The notes beneath the pieces were generated by a model. It was not told where the DNA came from, did not search any database, and was given only the letters and a program-made list of their open reading frames with translations. A stretch of DNA of 63,283 nt, filler included, from Gonapodya sp. JEL0774 (lineage: Eukaryota), in the NCBI GenBank assembly GCA_027604505.1. It is 51 parts of 51 records of this genome, joined end to end, with 100 filler letters (N's around TTAATTAATTAA, not from the genome) between each part and the next. Parts side by side here need not be neighbours in the genome. Positions count along the whole stretch, not along the records: positions 62,151 to 63,283 come from JADIIX010003792.1; 50 more parts are not named here. One strand, given 5' to 3'. How positions within the stretch are numbered: the first letter of the stretch is position 1; each line of letters begins with the position of its first letter. This document shows positions 62,151-63,283 of this stretch, in pieces. Both the position numbers and the translations under genes were made by a program.

Positions 62151-63283
62151 AAGGCAGGTGGGGCGGGCTCAAAGAGGTCGCCAGCATCTGGGGACGAGGA
62201 CGTCAGGTAAGATGAGGAGGATTGCGGTCCCCGGCCCGAAGTAGGAGACGACTGAAGCGGATCAAGATAATCATCCTCTTCCTCTGGCTCCTCAAACAAT
62301 CCGGCCGAAGAGAAGCTGCGTGCGGACCCAAAGACATCGCTCGGATTCACCACGACGCTTCCGGTCCGTCGCGTCTGCGTGGCCGTCATGGCCGTTTCGA
62401 GATCGGCATCTTCTTCCTCATCGTCCGATGCTCGTTCGATGGTCACGTCGGCGATGATGGCGCCCATGGAGCCGCGAGGCGGGGAGGAGCACGGCACTTT
62501 GCGAGCGGCACGTGCGGGGGTAGAGAGAGGCCGGATGCGAAGTCGAGGAGGGTTAGTTGGGTTGGATACTATAAGAATGAGTGAGTGAAACAAAGGGGAG
62601 TAGATGGCATTTAATATGGGCAAAAAGGTGCAGTGGCAATGTCACGAACGGTGTGGACGTGTTGGATATGAGCATCTCAATGGAACATCCATCCACGGGC
62701 ATATGCCTCTGAAACGCTTCTCAATACCACACAAAGTCCAACCTATTACTTTTTAATAGCTCCATGATGCAACCGAACAGTCCAAACTTGCAAGCATTCA
62801 CATTTGTATGCACCGGTACCACTGGTCGACCGCATTACGACTTCAGATATCTCACCTTTCAACGTAGGAGACCCAGGTGGTGAAAAGTGGACACCCAGAT
62901 CTGAGATCAATTCGTGCACCTGCGCGTCGAGAACGGCCGAGAGGAGTTCCGCGGCGGTCACGAGGTCGATGGGAGGGATGTCGGGTTGGGTGACATCGTT
63001 GGACGAACACGCGTCGTCATCTGGCTCGGAATCTTCCACTACCACAACGGTCGTTTGAGAATCGTCGGGGTTGTCGGGGTTTGTTTGGGATGCGGAGAGG
63101 TCGGTGGGCGTGTCGAGGCGAGGTTTGGCCAGGAGGCTCGAAGTGCGGGCCAAGGCGATGGTTCGGATGGGGCTGGTCGGGTGGGTCCCGTCGTCATCTG
63201 AGTCGGAGTCTACCAGAAACTCCGAGCCAGGCATAGGTTCGGCAACGCCGTTGAGGACACTGTCAAAGGTGTGGATGGTGGAA
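62151..63283 (-). CDS. Acidic Ser-rich hypothetical coding fragment(s)
   Basis: Two long minus ORFs (62746-63234 and 62151-62623); unclear whether one gene or two. Confidence 0.4.

Overview
This window is not one locus. It is 51 unrelated small contigs (about 1,130-1,150 bp, sorted by decreasing length) joined by 50 artificial 100-bp linkers (44 N + TTAATTAATTAA + 44 N), so adjacency across linkers carries no biological meaning. The contigs come from an intron-rich eukaryote with short GT-AG introns. A Zn2Cys6 factor, an Opi1-like gene and a fungal-type PFK point to a fungus. An RPGRIP1L-like ciliary gene points to a flagellated, early-diverging lineage (chytrid or monoblepharid; inference). 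Most contigs hold fragments of housekeeping genes: eIF3d, PDK/BCKDK, SFM1, PFK, two CDK1-like genes, LCB2, RMD1, ChaC, a mitochondrial carrier, carnitine acyltransferase, a CHD helicase, MND1, NAA15, RPE1, DCP1, a DHHC enzyme and MFS transporters. Mobile elements include a LINE RT, two PIF/Harbinger copies and a hAT 5' end. The most notable item is an intronless ORF (51036-52154) resembling a glycosyltransferase-like family I recall from giant viruses (Nucleocytoviricota), a candidate viral or endogenised contig. Other items worth checking are a DCP1 with the animal/plant-type trimerisation tail, two diverged CDK copies, and an ankyrin gene broken by a single in-frame TGA. All calls come from motif recognition; no database searches were run.
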